This document shows, piece by piece, positions 1 through 9,173 of a stretch of 21,010 nt of DNA. A program made the position numbers and the translations under genes. The stretch is from a virus: the UHGV virus genome UHGV-1822439; one strand, written 5' to 3'. Below the pieces are notes generated by a model, which did not search any database, was not told where the DNA came from, and was given only the letters and a program-made list of their open reading frames with translations. Every line of letters begins with the position of its first letter. Positions within the stretch are counted from its first letter, which is position 1.

Positions 1-392
1 AGTGCCTCCATCATCAACGCATTATTTTGTAGTCTAGCCTTCTGGCCCTGTTACGCAACATCTCATCACCCCATTACCCTGAAATGATTAATAAAATTCT
101 GTCTAAATTGAATACAAAAAGCAAAATGCTTTTCCGTATACAAACCGTGTGAAGTGTTAAATAGCGTCTATCATTATCAGAATTATCTGATCATATGACG
201 TGGCTTTTTTGCGATCGGATAGCAACAAAAATTGATAAAAATAACGGGATCTCAATGATTACGCACAACTTCAATACCCTGGACTTACTCACCAGTCCTG
301 TCTGGAATGATTAACGACATGAATAATCATTTGTAAAACAGCATGTTATGTTATCTTTGTTTTGGATTTTTGATATTTGGTCACTATTTGGT

Positions 393-425
393 ACACAAAA
401 AGAAACGAGGCGTTAGCCTCGTTTC
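393..425 (-). terminator. Rho-independent terminator at the end of the tail operon
   Basis: Perfect 10-bp stem GAAACGAGGC (402-411) / GCCTCGTTTC (416-425), loop GTTA; on the minus strand it is followed by CTTTTTGTGT. Lies 44 nt downstream of the last minus-strand gene (stop at 469). Confidence 0.75.
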
Positions 426-468
426 GCGGCGATGTCTTCAACATCACCATGCTGTTACTGTCGCACCA

Positions 469-735
469 TCAAGCCCATGCGCGGACGCCGGGATCTGTGA
501 TGATGAATTTTTCCAGCGGCGACAAATCAACATCGTCGCCAGTAATGCGCATGTTGACGTAATAGCCCTTTTGCTCAATCAGTACAGGTGTCTCACTTTC
601 TGGATCATCGAATACAGGCACAAAACCAATTTCATCAACAAATACGGTTGACCAGTTGGCGTCCAGCCAGCCGCTATTAATCACAATATCGTTGTATTGC
701 TGTTTATCAGTAAATTGCAAGCTAACATCTTTCAT
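469..735 (-). CDS. Hypothetical small protein (88 aa) immediately downstream of the tail fiber gene
   Basis: ORF 469..753 trimmed to ATG at 735 (MKDVSLQF...), preceded by SD AAGGTGG with 5-nt spacing; the ORF-track start at 753 is a TTG codon. No family recognised; position suggests a fiber accessory or assembly protein. Confidence 0.45.
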   Translation of the reverse strand: MKDVSLQFTDKQQYNDIVINSGWLDANWSTVFVDEIGFVPVFDDPESETPVLIEQKGYYVNMRITGDDVDLSPLEKFIITDPGVRAWA

Positions 736-745
736 ATTCACCACC

Positions 746-2542
746 TTAAACAATCTCGCTCAATTGCGCATCGGTTAATGCTTTGTGCCATACCCTGAAA
801 TTTCTAATGTGTCCAAAAAGATGTCGCTCCCCTGATGTTGTTTGACCGCCGAAACGGAATATTGCTGCGTTAGATATATATCTCCATGTTGTTTTTGTTT
901 CGCTTGATATGCGTCCGTTACTGACACAACATGCATCATAGGTGCTTTTAACCCTCATGCCGATAATCATTTTTTGCATTGATGCGTTTTCGTTAACGCG
1001 CCTGTTTGCTCCTCCAATATCGCAATAAGGAAATCCGTCGTATTCTGTCGACGACCCAAAAGCAAGAATTATAGCCGCGCCAGTCTGATGGCCGCCTGTG
1101 TCAAAAACACGCGGCGCTGAACTCGGCGTTTTTTCCCAATTTTTATGTACCTCGCAAAGAATAGTGAATGGTGCATTATAAAGGTTGTTCTTTATCGGGG
1201 CCGTGGCTATGTCACTTGCACGCGTTGCCGCCGCCGTCCCCGTAACAATAAAAGATGATGCGCCTGTACCAGCCTCAATCTGTGGAGTGGTTACATCGAG
1301 ATAATCCCCTGATGCAACCATCTGCCCTGTATCTGGAGAATACTGGACAAAACCACCAACCGTATTTTCTGTTGTATCTGCTTTTAATGTAGCCTCAAAA
1401 AATATCCAGCCAGTTGCATCATCCTTAACAGACCTTGCTGTAACACGGCTTGTCTGACCTGTCTTGCTAATTATGCGGGTGGTAAGGTTAAGGTTTGCTG
1501 TTCCTATTGATGTCCTTACCTCCCCATCATAATGTTCAAATAAAATACGAACGGCGATATTATCAACTTCACTTTTTACCCGACAGGATATAGTTACATA
1601 CTTTTCGTCCCCTGAAGTATCAACCCCTCCGGTACTCGAATACAGTCCGATAATGGTATGCGCTTTACTTGTACCAACAATCGAATCCTGTACGACAAAC
1701 CGGCCATAATTAAACCCGAAACTATCTGTGCCTGTTTCTGTAACGTCCAGTGAAGTTGACTTATTCCACTTCGAAGGGTCTGCACTGTTCTGGAAGAAGT
1801 TCGTTCTTTGCCCCTCAATAAGCAGGCCATCACGTTCAAATCGTGGCTCGTCAATGGCAGCCTCTGTCAGCACACCAGATTTATTAATGTAAGTTGCTTT
1901 TGATGCGCGTTTAAATTTAACGATCTTGTCACCTGGTACTGTTATTTCTTCTTCACCAATAACAATTTTTTTATAGGAAGGAGAAAAACCAGTAATCATA
2001 TCGAGAGAATCGTTAAACGGTATCCATACATCCGGCAGCGGCTGCAAAACATACGCGTAAGGCTGAGCCGTCTGATTGGCGTATTCGTGGGCCTCGTCTC
2101 TGTATGCCTTAGCTGAATCGGCGGCGCTTGTTGCTGTTGTTGCTGCGTTGGTTGCAGTGGTAGCTGATTCTGATGCTAATTTTGAGGCTGAAATCACATC
2201 TTTGTTGTCGCTAAAAAATTCGACGGCGTCAGCTATTTCTGATTCCTTGCCCTGATAGTAACGTAGTGTTTCGGCAACATCCTGAGCAAGACCATCTACA
2301 GAGATCGAATCTGAAAGCAGGATGCTAAATTTAGTCCCAGCCGGAATAGCCGGACTTGCCGCCGGAGTTACCGACAAACTTGTTGCGCTTTTTACCTCTG
2401 TGATTGAAAAAATTTGCACCGGATCGCTAATGGCAATAAGAGTGCACCCAACTCTGATCAGAGATAATGCGGCGTTGAATTCAGTCCCCGTTCCGGTAAC
2501 TGTTTTTCCGCTAACGGCTATCGTGCCTGTTGTGTAAATCAT
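746..2542 (-). CDS. Tail fiber / receptor-binding protein (598 aa) with C-terminal laminin-G/concanavalin-like lectin domain
   Basis: Large ORF after J and the two small post-J genes; Thr/Ala/Ser-rich shaft-like segment (SESATTATNAATTATSAADSAKA); C-terminal ~200 aa looks like a LamG/ConA-type beta-sandwich (call from reading only). SD GGAG 8 nt before ATG. Confidence 0.7.
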   Translation of the reverse strand: MIYTTGTIAVSGKTVTGTGTEFNAALSLIRVGCTLIAISDPVQIFSITEVKSATSLSVTPAASPAIPAGTKFSILLSDSISVDGLAQDVAETLRYYQGKESEIADAVEFFSDNKDVISASKLASESATTATNAATTATSAADSAKAYRDEAHEYANQTAQPYAYVLQPLPDVWIPFNDSLDMITGFSPSYKKIVIGEEEITVPGDKIVKFKRASKATYINKSGVLTEAAIDEPRFERDGLLIEGQRTNFFQNSADPSKWNKSTSLDVTETGTDSFGFNYGRFVVQDSIVGTSKAHTIIGLYSSTGGVDTSGDEKYVTISCRVKSEVDNIAVRILFEHYDGEVRTSIGTANLNLTTRIISKTGQTSRVTARSVKDDATGWIFFEATLKADTTENTVGGFVQYSPDTGQMVASGDYLDVTTPQIEAGTGASSFIVTGTAAATRASDIATAPIKNNLYNAPFTILCEVHKNWEKTPSSAPRVFDTGGHQTGAAIILAFGSSTEYDGFPYCDIGGANRRVNENASMQKMIIGMRVKSTYDACCVSNGRISSETKTTWRYISNAAIFRFGGQTTSGERHLFGHIRNFRVWHKALTDAQLSEIV

Positions 2543-2582
2543 CGCAATGACTCCATTATGTTAATTAACCTGGTAATTTTAC

Positions 2583-2623
2583 CATTTTGTGATCTGTGTT
2601 ACATTCCTGACCTATACAAAATG
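2583..2623. promoter_or_regulatory. Junction inverted-repeat element, site A
   Basis: CATTTTGTGATCTGTGT at 2583-2599 and TATACAAAATG at 2613-2623; TTTTGTGATCTGTGT is identical to site B (14768-14782). Lies between the divergent tail fiber (-) and lipoprotein (+) genes. Confidence 0.5.
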
Positions 2624-2701
2624 TATTTATTGATTTATATCAATGTTGAGAAAACGATGTTTATGGATACTACAACCGACGGAACAATGGAGGATAAGAC
2701 A

Positions 2702-2941
2702 ATGAAAGGCTTTAAAAATATCGCTATAGCTGCAATGGTCGCTGGTATGGTTGGTTGTGCTGATATGCCGAAACGTGAATGCACGGCAATTTATCAGGCT
2801 GGCGGTAATGAATATGCGGTTGCAGTCTTCGGTGTCGCGGATGTTGGCGGTCATAAAATGGTTAAGGCCGGGTATCCGTTTAACTTCCAATGGGTAAGCG
2901 TTGACCACTTCAAGAAAACGGATTGCCCGGAACTGAATTAA
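2702..2941 (+). CDS. Small lipoprotein (79 aa), antisense moron next to the tail fiber gene
   Basis: Perfect SD GGAGGA (2689-2694), 7 nt before ATG at 2702. N-terminus MKGFKNIAIAAMVAGMVG-C is a signal peptide with lipobox (MVGC); mature part ~60 aa with three further Cys. The ORF-track N-terminal extension from 2558 has no SD. Confidence 0.6.
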   Translation: MKGFKNIAIAAMVAGMVGCADMPKRECTAIYQAGGNEYAVAVFGVADVGGHKMVKAGYPFNFQWVSVDHFKKTDCPELN

Positions 2942-3537
2942 TCATAGGCGTCGGTTTTAATGGCGGTGATAGCGTTCCCGTGATTAATGTAACCGTAAAT
3001 CTGTTGCAAGCTACCAACCATCTTCCCGCGAATTCGTGTAGTGCTGCCGTTGTAGTATGCCTCTGTATATATTGTCGCAGAACCCATACCTACAACGGCC
3101 CCTAATATCTGAGGCACTACCGCATAAGATCCTGATAATGTCTGGTCGATATAAATTCCACCACTTGATCCGGCTGTCCCCACCGTAACAATGTCTGTCA
3201 ATATTCTTGATTCGTTTGTCAATACCAGTTCACCGGAAGCGTTCCATATAGCCATACCCCACTTCGGACGCGATTGCGGGAAGATACTGAATATATACGC
3301 GTAACCGTTTCCTGGTGGAATCACTATGGTAGACGATGAATTGCGATAGGCTACACCAGTAGCGGTATCGTCTGTGTTTTTTATGAATACCATTACAGGC
3401 TTCCCATTGGGGACGGCTATTGTTTGCTGTTGGCTTGAATTGAGAGCAACCCGTGAATAAAGGCACATAGGTGTCGAATCTGGAGTTACGAAAATATTGC
3501 CATTACTTAAACGTAAATAAGCGCCGAAAGTAGCCAT
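2938..3537 (-). CDS. Tail-associated hypothetical protein (199 aa), paralog of the upstream small gene
   Basis: ATG at 3537 directly abuts the upstream stop (TAAATG, 3540-3535). N-terminus MATFGAYLRLSNGN resembles MDTFGVATWDANGN of the upstream gene. Its 3' end converges on and overlaps the lipoprotein gene stop. Confidence 0.5.
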   Translation of the reverse strand: MATFGAYLRLSNGNIFVTPDSTPMCLYSRVALNSSQQQTIAVPNGKPVMVFIKNTDDTATGVAYRNSSSTIVIPPGNGYAYIFSIFPQSRPKWGMAIWNASGELVLTNESRILTDIVTVGTAGSSGGIYIDQTLSGSYAVVPQILGAVVGMGSATIYTEAYYNGSTTRIRGKMVGSLQQIYGYINHGNAITAIKTDAYD

Positions 3538-3849
3538 TTATGCGTTCTCCGTAAAAATAACCAGTTCACATTGCGATGCGGGCCATATATTAGCGCCCAC
3601 CGTATCCCCTGCTGAGGAAATGGAAACAGTACCGCCGGAAATACTGATCTTTCTACGCGTTGATGATGTTGTGCCATAATCAAGCGTCATGGCATAAGAT
3701 AATTTACATCCTGTAGGAACGGTAAAATTATATGTGCCTGACACTTGCCCGGAAGACAAGGAAATATAGCCAACCACGACGGATGGCTTGATGCCGTAGT
3801 TATTAGCGTTGCCGTTGGCGTCCCATGTTGCCACGCCGAAAGTATCCAT
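3538..3849 (-). CDS. Tail-associated hypothetical protein (103 aa)
   Basis: ORF 3538..3906 trimmed to ATG at 3849 (MDTFGVATWDANGNANNYG...), preceded by SD GGAGGTG; the longer ORF-track form would overlap the J stop and the post-J hairpin. Confidence 0.5.
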   Translation of the reverse strand: MDTFGVATWDANGNANNYGIKPSVVVGYISLSSGQVSGTYNFTVPTGCKLSYAMTLDYGTTSSTRRKISISGGTVSISSAGDTVGANIWPASQCELVIFTENA

Positions 3850-3860
3850 AGTTACACCTC

Positions 3861-3893
3861 CATAATAAAACTGAGGCCGAACAAGTCGGCCTC
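3861..3893 (-). terminator. Hairpin/attenuator immediately after J
   Basis: Stem GAGGCCGA (3873-3880) / TCGGCCTC (3886-3893), loop ACAAG; minus strand continues AGTTTTATTATGGAGG, i.e. U-rich tract then the SD of the next gene. Confidence 0.4.
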
Positions 3894-3899
3894 TTAATT

Positions 3900-6800
3900 C
3901 TACCATGATCCGGTAATTCGCCCAATCTGGACGCGTAACACGCCATTACCATCTTTTACTGAGATAGTTGTGTTCGTCCATTTCATTGCTCCTTCACCGC
4001 TTACTGATCCGTAGTTTTCGAATGTACCGGATTTATCAAGTTTCCAGCCTGTGCTGCCGGAAACATAGTTATTTGATTGGATGTAAGAACCTATTTTCGC
4101 GTTAGTGATTGATGCGTCCTTAATAAACGCTTCACGTACATACATTGCGCCGCCAGTGACATAGAAAGGCGTTGTATATGTGCCGTTTGCGGCGGTCATT
4201 AACACGAAGCGATCAACGAGGAAAATACACTGCGATTGGACATTAGTCCCGCTACCAGTAAGGCCGAGCGACATGCCGGTAGCATATTTAACGCCTCTGC
4301 TGTCTGTCGCGATCTTAATAGAGTATGATGCATCGACATTCCCCTTAAAGTCCGTTAACGCTTTCGATGTCGTCTCTATGGCTGTTGTGTTCCCGTCAAT
4401 AGTTACTTTTAACTGGTCAATTTTGGTTGATAATGCCTCGTCAGTCGTTGTCATGGCCTGTGACCATTCCGTGATACTTGAGTTTACATCGTCGAAAGAT
4501 GCCGATATTTGAACAAATTTTTCAGCACTTGATGCCTCGTGAGTTGCGAGCGCCGTTGATATATCTGTTATTTTTGCTGAAATGTTTTCATTAATATTGG
4601 CTTCAAGTGATGCTATAGCCTCCGCGCGGGCCTGGGTTTCGTCTGCTATTGCTGTGTCGATCCTTGCTATTTCCGCTTTTGTTTTTGTCTGGCCTTTCCT
4701 GTACTTCGCCTCAATAACGGTGCTCATCTTGCTTTGCGCTATTGAGTTGTTGATAAGTGCAATCGAGGCGTTTTGCAGACTTGCTTTTGCCTGATCTATT
4801 TCGTTGCTGTTTTTATCAACCTCATTTTCAACAAGACCAAGCTCCGCACTGATTCCTGATATTGCCTGAGCGCGGGCGCTTGATTCGTCAGCGATAGCTT
4901 GATCGAGACGAGAAACGCTCGCATCAGTTTTGTTTTCCAGGCTGCTGATACTGGCGTTAACGTTGCTTATAGCTTCCGTTCTCGCCTGCGTTTCGGTTGC
5001 GATTGCTTTGTCTACGCGGGCTATTTCTCCTTTGATGTTTGAGTCTATCGTATTTATTTCGGCTGTGATGGTTTCCAGTGATTCCGCTGTCGCTTTTTTC
5101 TCCTCTGCGATAACGTTGTCGATGCGGTCAATCTGTGCCTTTGTTTCGTTGCGACCTTTCTTATATTGAGCGGTAAGAGTAACCCGCGTGTTAGTTTGAG
5201 CAAGCGAGTTATTGATCAGAGCAAGCGAAGCGTTTTGTAAACTTGCTTTTGCCTGTGCCAGTTCGTTGTTAACGTTTTCGTTTGATACCTCTAATGAGTC
5301 TATTCTTACCTCATGTTTGCCTATTTCATCGGCGTTTTCTTCGACTTTTTTATAAAGGTCTTCGGTGTCTTTTTTAAGTGTATCTGTGTCAGCTTTAAGA
5401 TCCTCTGTAGCTATTTTAAGGTCTTCGGTAGCTCCTTCTACAATATCAGTGCGCTCACCAAGATCTTTAATGTCGCTAATCATCTCCTTGAATTGCTCTG
5501 ATTCCATTACATCCTTTGTAACGTAATCAGTGATTTCGTCAAAATCCTCTGTTGGCTTACCTGATGCCTCGACGAAATCAGACACACCAAAAGCATTACG
5601 AGTGCGCACATAAACGTAATAAGTATGGCCCGTATTCATGCCGCCGAACGTCCACTGATACCCGCGCCCGGTAAACTGTGCCGACGTGGTTATTTTTGCC
5701 GGATCTGTGATCTGATTTTCCCCTGCATAGTAGAATTCATATGACGTATCGGTAGTAAGCGTGGTTTTGCTTATCGGGTACACGGTCGCCTGAAATACGC
5801 CTGGAACCCAATTTACGCCAACTGGCGCGGCTGGAGCACCAATAACAAGATCAACAATGCTTTCAGCGCCTTTCATGCCAGTATCGTTTCTTCCGCGAAC
5901 GCCTAACGAATACGCGCCAGCGTCAATACCATAAAAATCATAACTGTATTTCGTTGTTTCGTAGCTTTTAACCACCGCACCATCAGTATTGTATATGCGG
6001 ATCTCGAATGTCATGCGATGCGTGGTTGTCTGTGTTTCCCATGTAGCTCGGCATTGAACTGTTTCAGATCCGATGTTTACCACTTTCAGGTTTTCAATGT
6101 TCGGGACACGGAAGTGATTAAGCGTGTCGTTGTTGATTTCAAATATCGCGCCTTCATCGACTACCGCTTGTTTGTTCGGGTCATGTTGCGCTGCTTCGAT
6201 GGTATACACGCTATTATTTTCGGTTTCGGCTACACTGGTGATCCGGCATAAAACGGGTTTTTCCGCTTCGGTGGATACAGCAAATACAGTACCGTTCCGA
6301 ATCCATGCCGGGGCCGCCGCTAGTGTGATTTCGTTTCCGTTTACACCAGTAATCTGATGTTTTTTAAATTTGCCGTCGCTGTCGAGTAAGCTGATGGTGT
6401 CGCCTGCTGTGATATAGTCGCTGTCAACCTTATCGACCGTTATCACGTTTCCATTGTTCGCCACGATACGCCCACCTAAACGCGCACCTGCGCGGTTATT
6501 GTCGAGGATTTCGACTATATCCCCTGGCGTAAAGTGAATCGCGTCACGTGCCATTTTAAACGTGAATTTTGACGGCTCGCGTTTTGCTGTTTCTATCAGC
6601 CATTTGCCCGCGCGGTACGCTTGCCCGCGTGACGTACAGCCGAACGCCTCCATCGTGGTTTCGTTGTAACCATCGCGGGCGATTAGCTCATCATCTGCTA
6701 CATACTCTTTTGACTGCTCCCACCCGTTTTCCGGGTCAGTCCAGGATACGATCACGGCGTTGTAGCATTCCGCACGGGCGATACTCGAACGAGTGAACGC

Positions 6801-7952
6801 GCCATCAACGACGTTTGCATTCGTAATGGTGGCGATTGGATCTTGCGGTGCATCAATCATTACGGTAAGACGTTGCCCGTCCCATAACGCGATGCCACGG
6901 AACATCCCGGCGATATTGTCCAGCAAATCGCGGGCGCTCATTTGCTCTGTTATGTACGCATTAAGCGTCACGCGAGGCTCAAGGCCACCGTAACCATCAT
7001 CGACCAACTGGTCGCAGTATTGGGAAAGTGTGTATAATGCGCCGTCGTCAACGTCGATATAACCAGCATGGCGGGCAAGGCCGAAACGCTCGTTTTTAAC
7101 CAGGTAACGAAAGATCCACGCAGGGTTATTAGTGTAAGCCTGTTTAAAGCCGCCAAGCCATAAACCGGAATAAGTGCGCGTTTCCGGGTCGTAGTTATCA
7201 GGCACGTCAACAATAAGCCCACGCAGGTGATAAGTGCGTGTAGGTGTGTCAGTATACTGATCGTGATCAATTACCGCGCCTGCTACAGCAGTGTGAGGAT
7301 AAGACAAATTATCGTCGATTATTTCGCTGTAGCTACTCCACCGCGTATCATTCTGCAATAGATCACCTGTGCTATCAGCGGTTACGCGGCGAACGCGAAT
7401 ATCAAACGGCTTTTCATCTGGCGCATCAATAATATGCGCTTCAAGGTATTCTCCGCTGATTTTACCTGGACCTATTTGCACGGCCTTAATAGACGACCAT
7501 GTTGAGGATGAGGACGGTTTAACGTCGATCGCCATAATGACAGATGTTTCTTTCTGGTTTGATTGGCTATCGCTTTCCACCAGTGAATCCACACCAATAT
7601 TTAACCGGACTCGCGTCACGTTCGGATCTGATACGGTCCTTACCAGCGGCGTGTCGTGTTTCACCTGTGCGTTAACCATTACCGTGGATTCGATGGCATT
7701 AAAACCGTTAATCGGTGATTGATCTAACGTACCATTACGCCACGCCACGCTAACGCCTGGGATGCTGGTATTACCGTTCGCGTCAGTTACAGGCGTGTCA
7801 TTAAGCATTACGCTATTTAATGGCGCACTGGTATTGACAGGGCCATAAATCGGGCCTTCCGAAATAATATCCAGCACACGATAAAACTGTTTGTGATAAA
7901 GGTTATCATTTATTAATGTTGGTGTTTTTGCTTTGCCGCCGCCGCTACTCAT
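3900..7952 (-). CDS. J: Host specificity protein J (tail tip / central tail fiber), 1350 aa
   Basis: Shares N-terminal motifs with lambda J as I recall it (ISEGPI.GPV, YHLRG, NAY.T, FGCTSRGQA.RAG.WLI); SD AGGAG before ATG at 7952. C-terminal third is a long repetitive coiled-coil unlike lambda J. Confidence 0.9.
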   Translation of the reverse strand: MSSGGGKAKTPTLINDNLYHKQFYRVLDIISEGPIYGPVNTSAPLNSVMLNDTPVTDANGNTSIPGVSVAWRNGTLDQSPINGFNAIESTVMVNAQVKHDTPLVRTVSDPNVTRVRLNIGVDSLVESDSQSNQKETSVIMAIDVKPSSSSTWSSIKAVQIGPGKISGEYLEAHIIDAPDEKPFDIRVRRVTADSTGDLLQNDTRWSSYSEIIDDNLSYPHTAVAGAVIDHDQYTDTPTRTYHLRGLIVDVPDNYDPETRTYSGLWLGGFKQAYTNNPAWIFRYLVKNERFGLARHAGYIDVDDGALYTLSQYCDQLVDDGYGGLEPRVTLNAYITEQMSARDLLDNIAGMFRGIALWDGQRLTVMIDAPQDPIATITNANVVDGAFTRSSIARAECYNAVIVSWTDPENGWEQSKEYVADDELIARDGYNETTMEAFGCTSRGQAYRAGKWLIETAKREPSKFTFKMARDAIHFTPGDIVEILDNNRAGARLGGRIVANNGNVITVDKVDSDYITAGDTISLLDSDGKFKKHQITGVNGNEITLAAAPAWIRNGTVFAVSTEAEKPVLCRITSVAETENNSVYTIEAAQHDPNKQAVVDEGAIFEINNDTLNHFRVPNIENLKVVNIGSETVQCRATWETQTTTHRMTFEIRIYNTDGAVVKSYETTKYSYDFYGIDAGAYSLGVRGRNDTGMKGAESIVDLVIGAPAAPVGVNWVPGVFQATVYPISKTTLTTDTSYEFYYAGENQITDPAKITTSAQFTGRGYQWTFGGMNTGHTYYVYVRTRNAFGVSDFVEASGKPTEDFDEITDYVTKDVMESEQFKEMISDIKDLGERTDIVEGATEDLKIATEDLKADTDTLKKDTEDLYKKVEENADEIGKHEVRIDSLEVSNENVNNELAQAKASLQNASLALINNSLAQTNTRVTLTAQYKKGRNETKAQIDRIDNVIAEEKKATAESLETITAEINTIDSNIKGEIARVDKAIATETQARTEAISNVNASISSLENKTDASVSRLDQAIADESSARAQAISGISAELGLVENEVDKNSNEIDQAKASLQNASIALINNSIAQSKMSTVIEAKYRKGQTKTKAEIARIDTAIADETQARAEAIASLEANINENISAKITDISTALATHEASSAEKFVQISASFDDVNSSITEWSQAMTTTDEALSTKIDQLKVTIDGNTTAIETTSKALTDFKGNVDASYSIKIATDSRGVKYATGMSLGLTGSGTNVQSQCIFLVDRFVLMTAANGTYTTPFYVTGGAMYVREAFIKDASITNAKIGSYIQSNNYVSGSTGWKLDKSGTFENYGSVSGEGAMKWTNTTISVKDGNGVLRVQIGRITGSW
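4616..5300 (-). repeat. Internal duplicated coiled-coil units within J
   Basis: About 165-nt units at ~4681-4850 and ~5140-5300 (protein ELAQAKASLQNASLALINNSLAQ... vs EIDQAKASLQNASIALINNSIAQ...), plus ~60-nt related units at ~4616-4670, ~4858-4915, ~4970-5030 (R.D.AIA.E..AR..AI). Confidence 0.7.
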
Positions 7953-7966
7953 GGTTAATTCTCCTG

Positions 7967-8497
7967 TTAACTTACAACGTCTAAAGCGTCTTTATTGTTG
8001 GTTGTGTCTATGCCTAACGATCCGACGTTTGAACCTACTTTCATTTCGCCAAGTAGAATAGGCACTGGTCTACCCTGTCCTACCTTGTTTTCTACGCTGG
8101 TATAAGTGTTATTTGTGATGGTATTGTCCTGTGCGCTTTCTGATGATGTTTTTACCTTCATGTTGCGAGACATAAAAATAGAAAAAGCGACACTAACAAC
8201 TGATATTCCAATCATAATCCAGCCGACAACGCCGATCCCTGCTATACCACCTTCCACTATTGGCGCAATAATTACTGTAGTTCCATCTGGATATTTGCTA
8301 TTAACCGCCGCTGGCGCGGTCTTTTCGTCGTAATCTTTCCCGGCAATTCGTAAGCGCAAAGGAGTATTTAAAAACGCCTTCTTGAATTCCTGATTCTGCG
8401 CGGTCAATAAGCGAAGCCCTTGCGCTGGCGTTTCAACGTTTAAACACACTTTGCTGTAATATCTTCGAAGATTGCCCGTAAATCTAAATTTGAGCAT
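7967..8497 (-). CDS. I: Tail assembly protein I (176 aa)
   Basis: Position between K and J; N-terminal resemblance to lambda I and a Gly/Ile-rich hydrophobic segment (GIAGIGVVGWIMIGISVV). Overlaps the 3' end of K by 58 nt. Confidence 0.7.
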   Translation of the reverse strand: MLKFRFTGNLRRYYSKVCLNVETPAQGLRLLTAQNQEFKKAFLNTPLRLRIAGKDYDEKTAPAAVNSKYPDGTTVIIAPIVEGGIAGIGVVGWIMIGISVVSVAFSIFMSRNMKVKTSSESAQDNTITNNTYTSVENKVGQGRPVPILLGEMKVGSNVGSLGIDTTNNKDALDVVS

Positions 8498-9171
8498 TTA
8501 TCAGATCTCCATATTGAATGCGTTTGTCGAACATAAGCAGGCCGCATTTGCTCGCGGCGGCTTAATAGTCCGGCATGGTCATGATGCAAAACCGTGTTAT
8601 CACCCAGGTAAATCATTGCGTGGCATGGATCCGCACCTTTAAACGGCTGTCTGATGATTACGTCACCTGGCTGGATGCTTTGCGCATCAACCTGATAAAA
8701 CCCGTTTTGCGGCAAGTTTTTTAAATACAGGTTTTCACCGCGCAGCCACCAGCCATCAAGGCGCTCGAAGTCCGGCAGGTCTACACCACAAAGGTGATAG
8801 GCGTCACGGAAAAGCGCGTAGCAGTCAGTTACCCCGTGCACAAACTTACGGCCTAGCAGGTGCGCCACCGGGCGAAATTTTCTTATCTTGCCGCCGGAAT
8901 ATAAAAACCACGGCAGACCGGAAATAACCTGCTGTTGTCGATCCCGCGCAGACAATACCGAAATATCATCAACGTGGGAGTGGAAAACGGCGGTTATAAC
9001 GCCCAATTCGTCCGCTTTGATGTAATCGTCCGGCGAAATCTTGAAGCTGTTGTAAGGTGTTTCAGACACGTTAGCGCACGGGTAAAAATACTCGTTATCT
9101 ATTACAAGTCCGCAAACTTCCTCAAACGGATGCGCGGCGGCATAACGCGACATTTTGTCTTCCATCCCCAT
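8440..9171 (-). CDS. K: Tail assembly protein K (NlpC/P60 peptidase plus MPN/JAB-like region)
   Basis: Motifs matching lambda K as recalled: FHSHVDD (lambda VHSHPGG) and HGVTDCYALFRDAYHL (NlpC/P60 Cys). Start set to ATG at 9171, 3 nt after the L stop; the ORF-track extension to 9246 overlaps L. Confidence 0.85.
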   Translation of the reverse strand: MGMEDKMSRYAAAHPFEEVCGLVIDNEYFYPCANVSETPYNSFKISPDDYIKADELGVITAVFHSHVDDISVLSARDRQQQVISGLPWFLYSGGKIRKFRPVAHLLGRKFVHGVTDCYALFRDAYHLCGVDLPDFERLDGWWLRGENLYLKNLPQNGFYQVDAQSIQPGDVIIRQPFKGADPCHAMIYLGDNTVLHHDHAGLLSRREQMRPAYVRQTHSIWRSDKCSNLDLRAIFEDITAKCV

Positions 9172-9173
9172 GA

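Noticed and set aside
343-651. 102-aa plus-strand ORF, and 377..562
   Set aside because: Runs through the tail-operon terminator hairpin and into the minus-strand 88-aa gene; no SD; Cys/His-rich translation.
2558-2701. N-terminal extension of the lipoprotein ORF (start at 2558)
   Set aside because: No SD at 2558, whereas ATG 2702 has a perfect GGAGGA and begins a textbook lipoprotein signal peptide; the extension would place the signal internally.
3850-3906. N-terminal extension of the first post-J gene (start at 3906)
   Set aside because: Would overlap the J stop and span the post-J hairpin; ATG 3849 has SD GGAGGTG at ideal spacing.
4180-7722. Multiple 60-117-aa plus-strand ORFs inside the J region
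   Set aside because: All lie antisense within the 1350-aa J ORF, which has clear lambda J similarity; no SDs; low-complexity hydrophobic translations.
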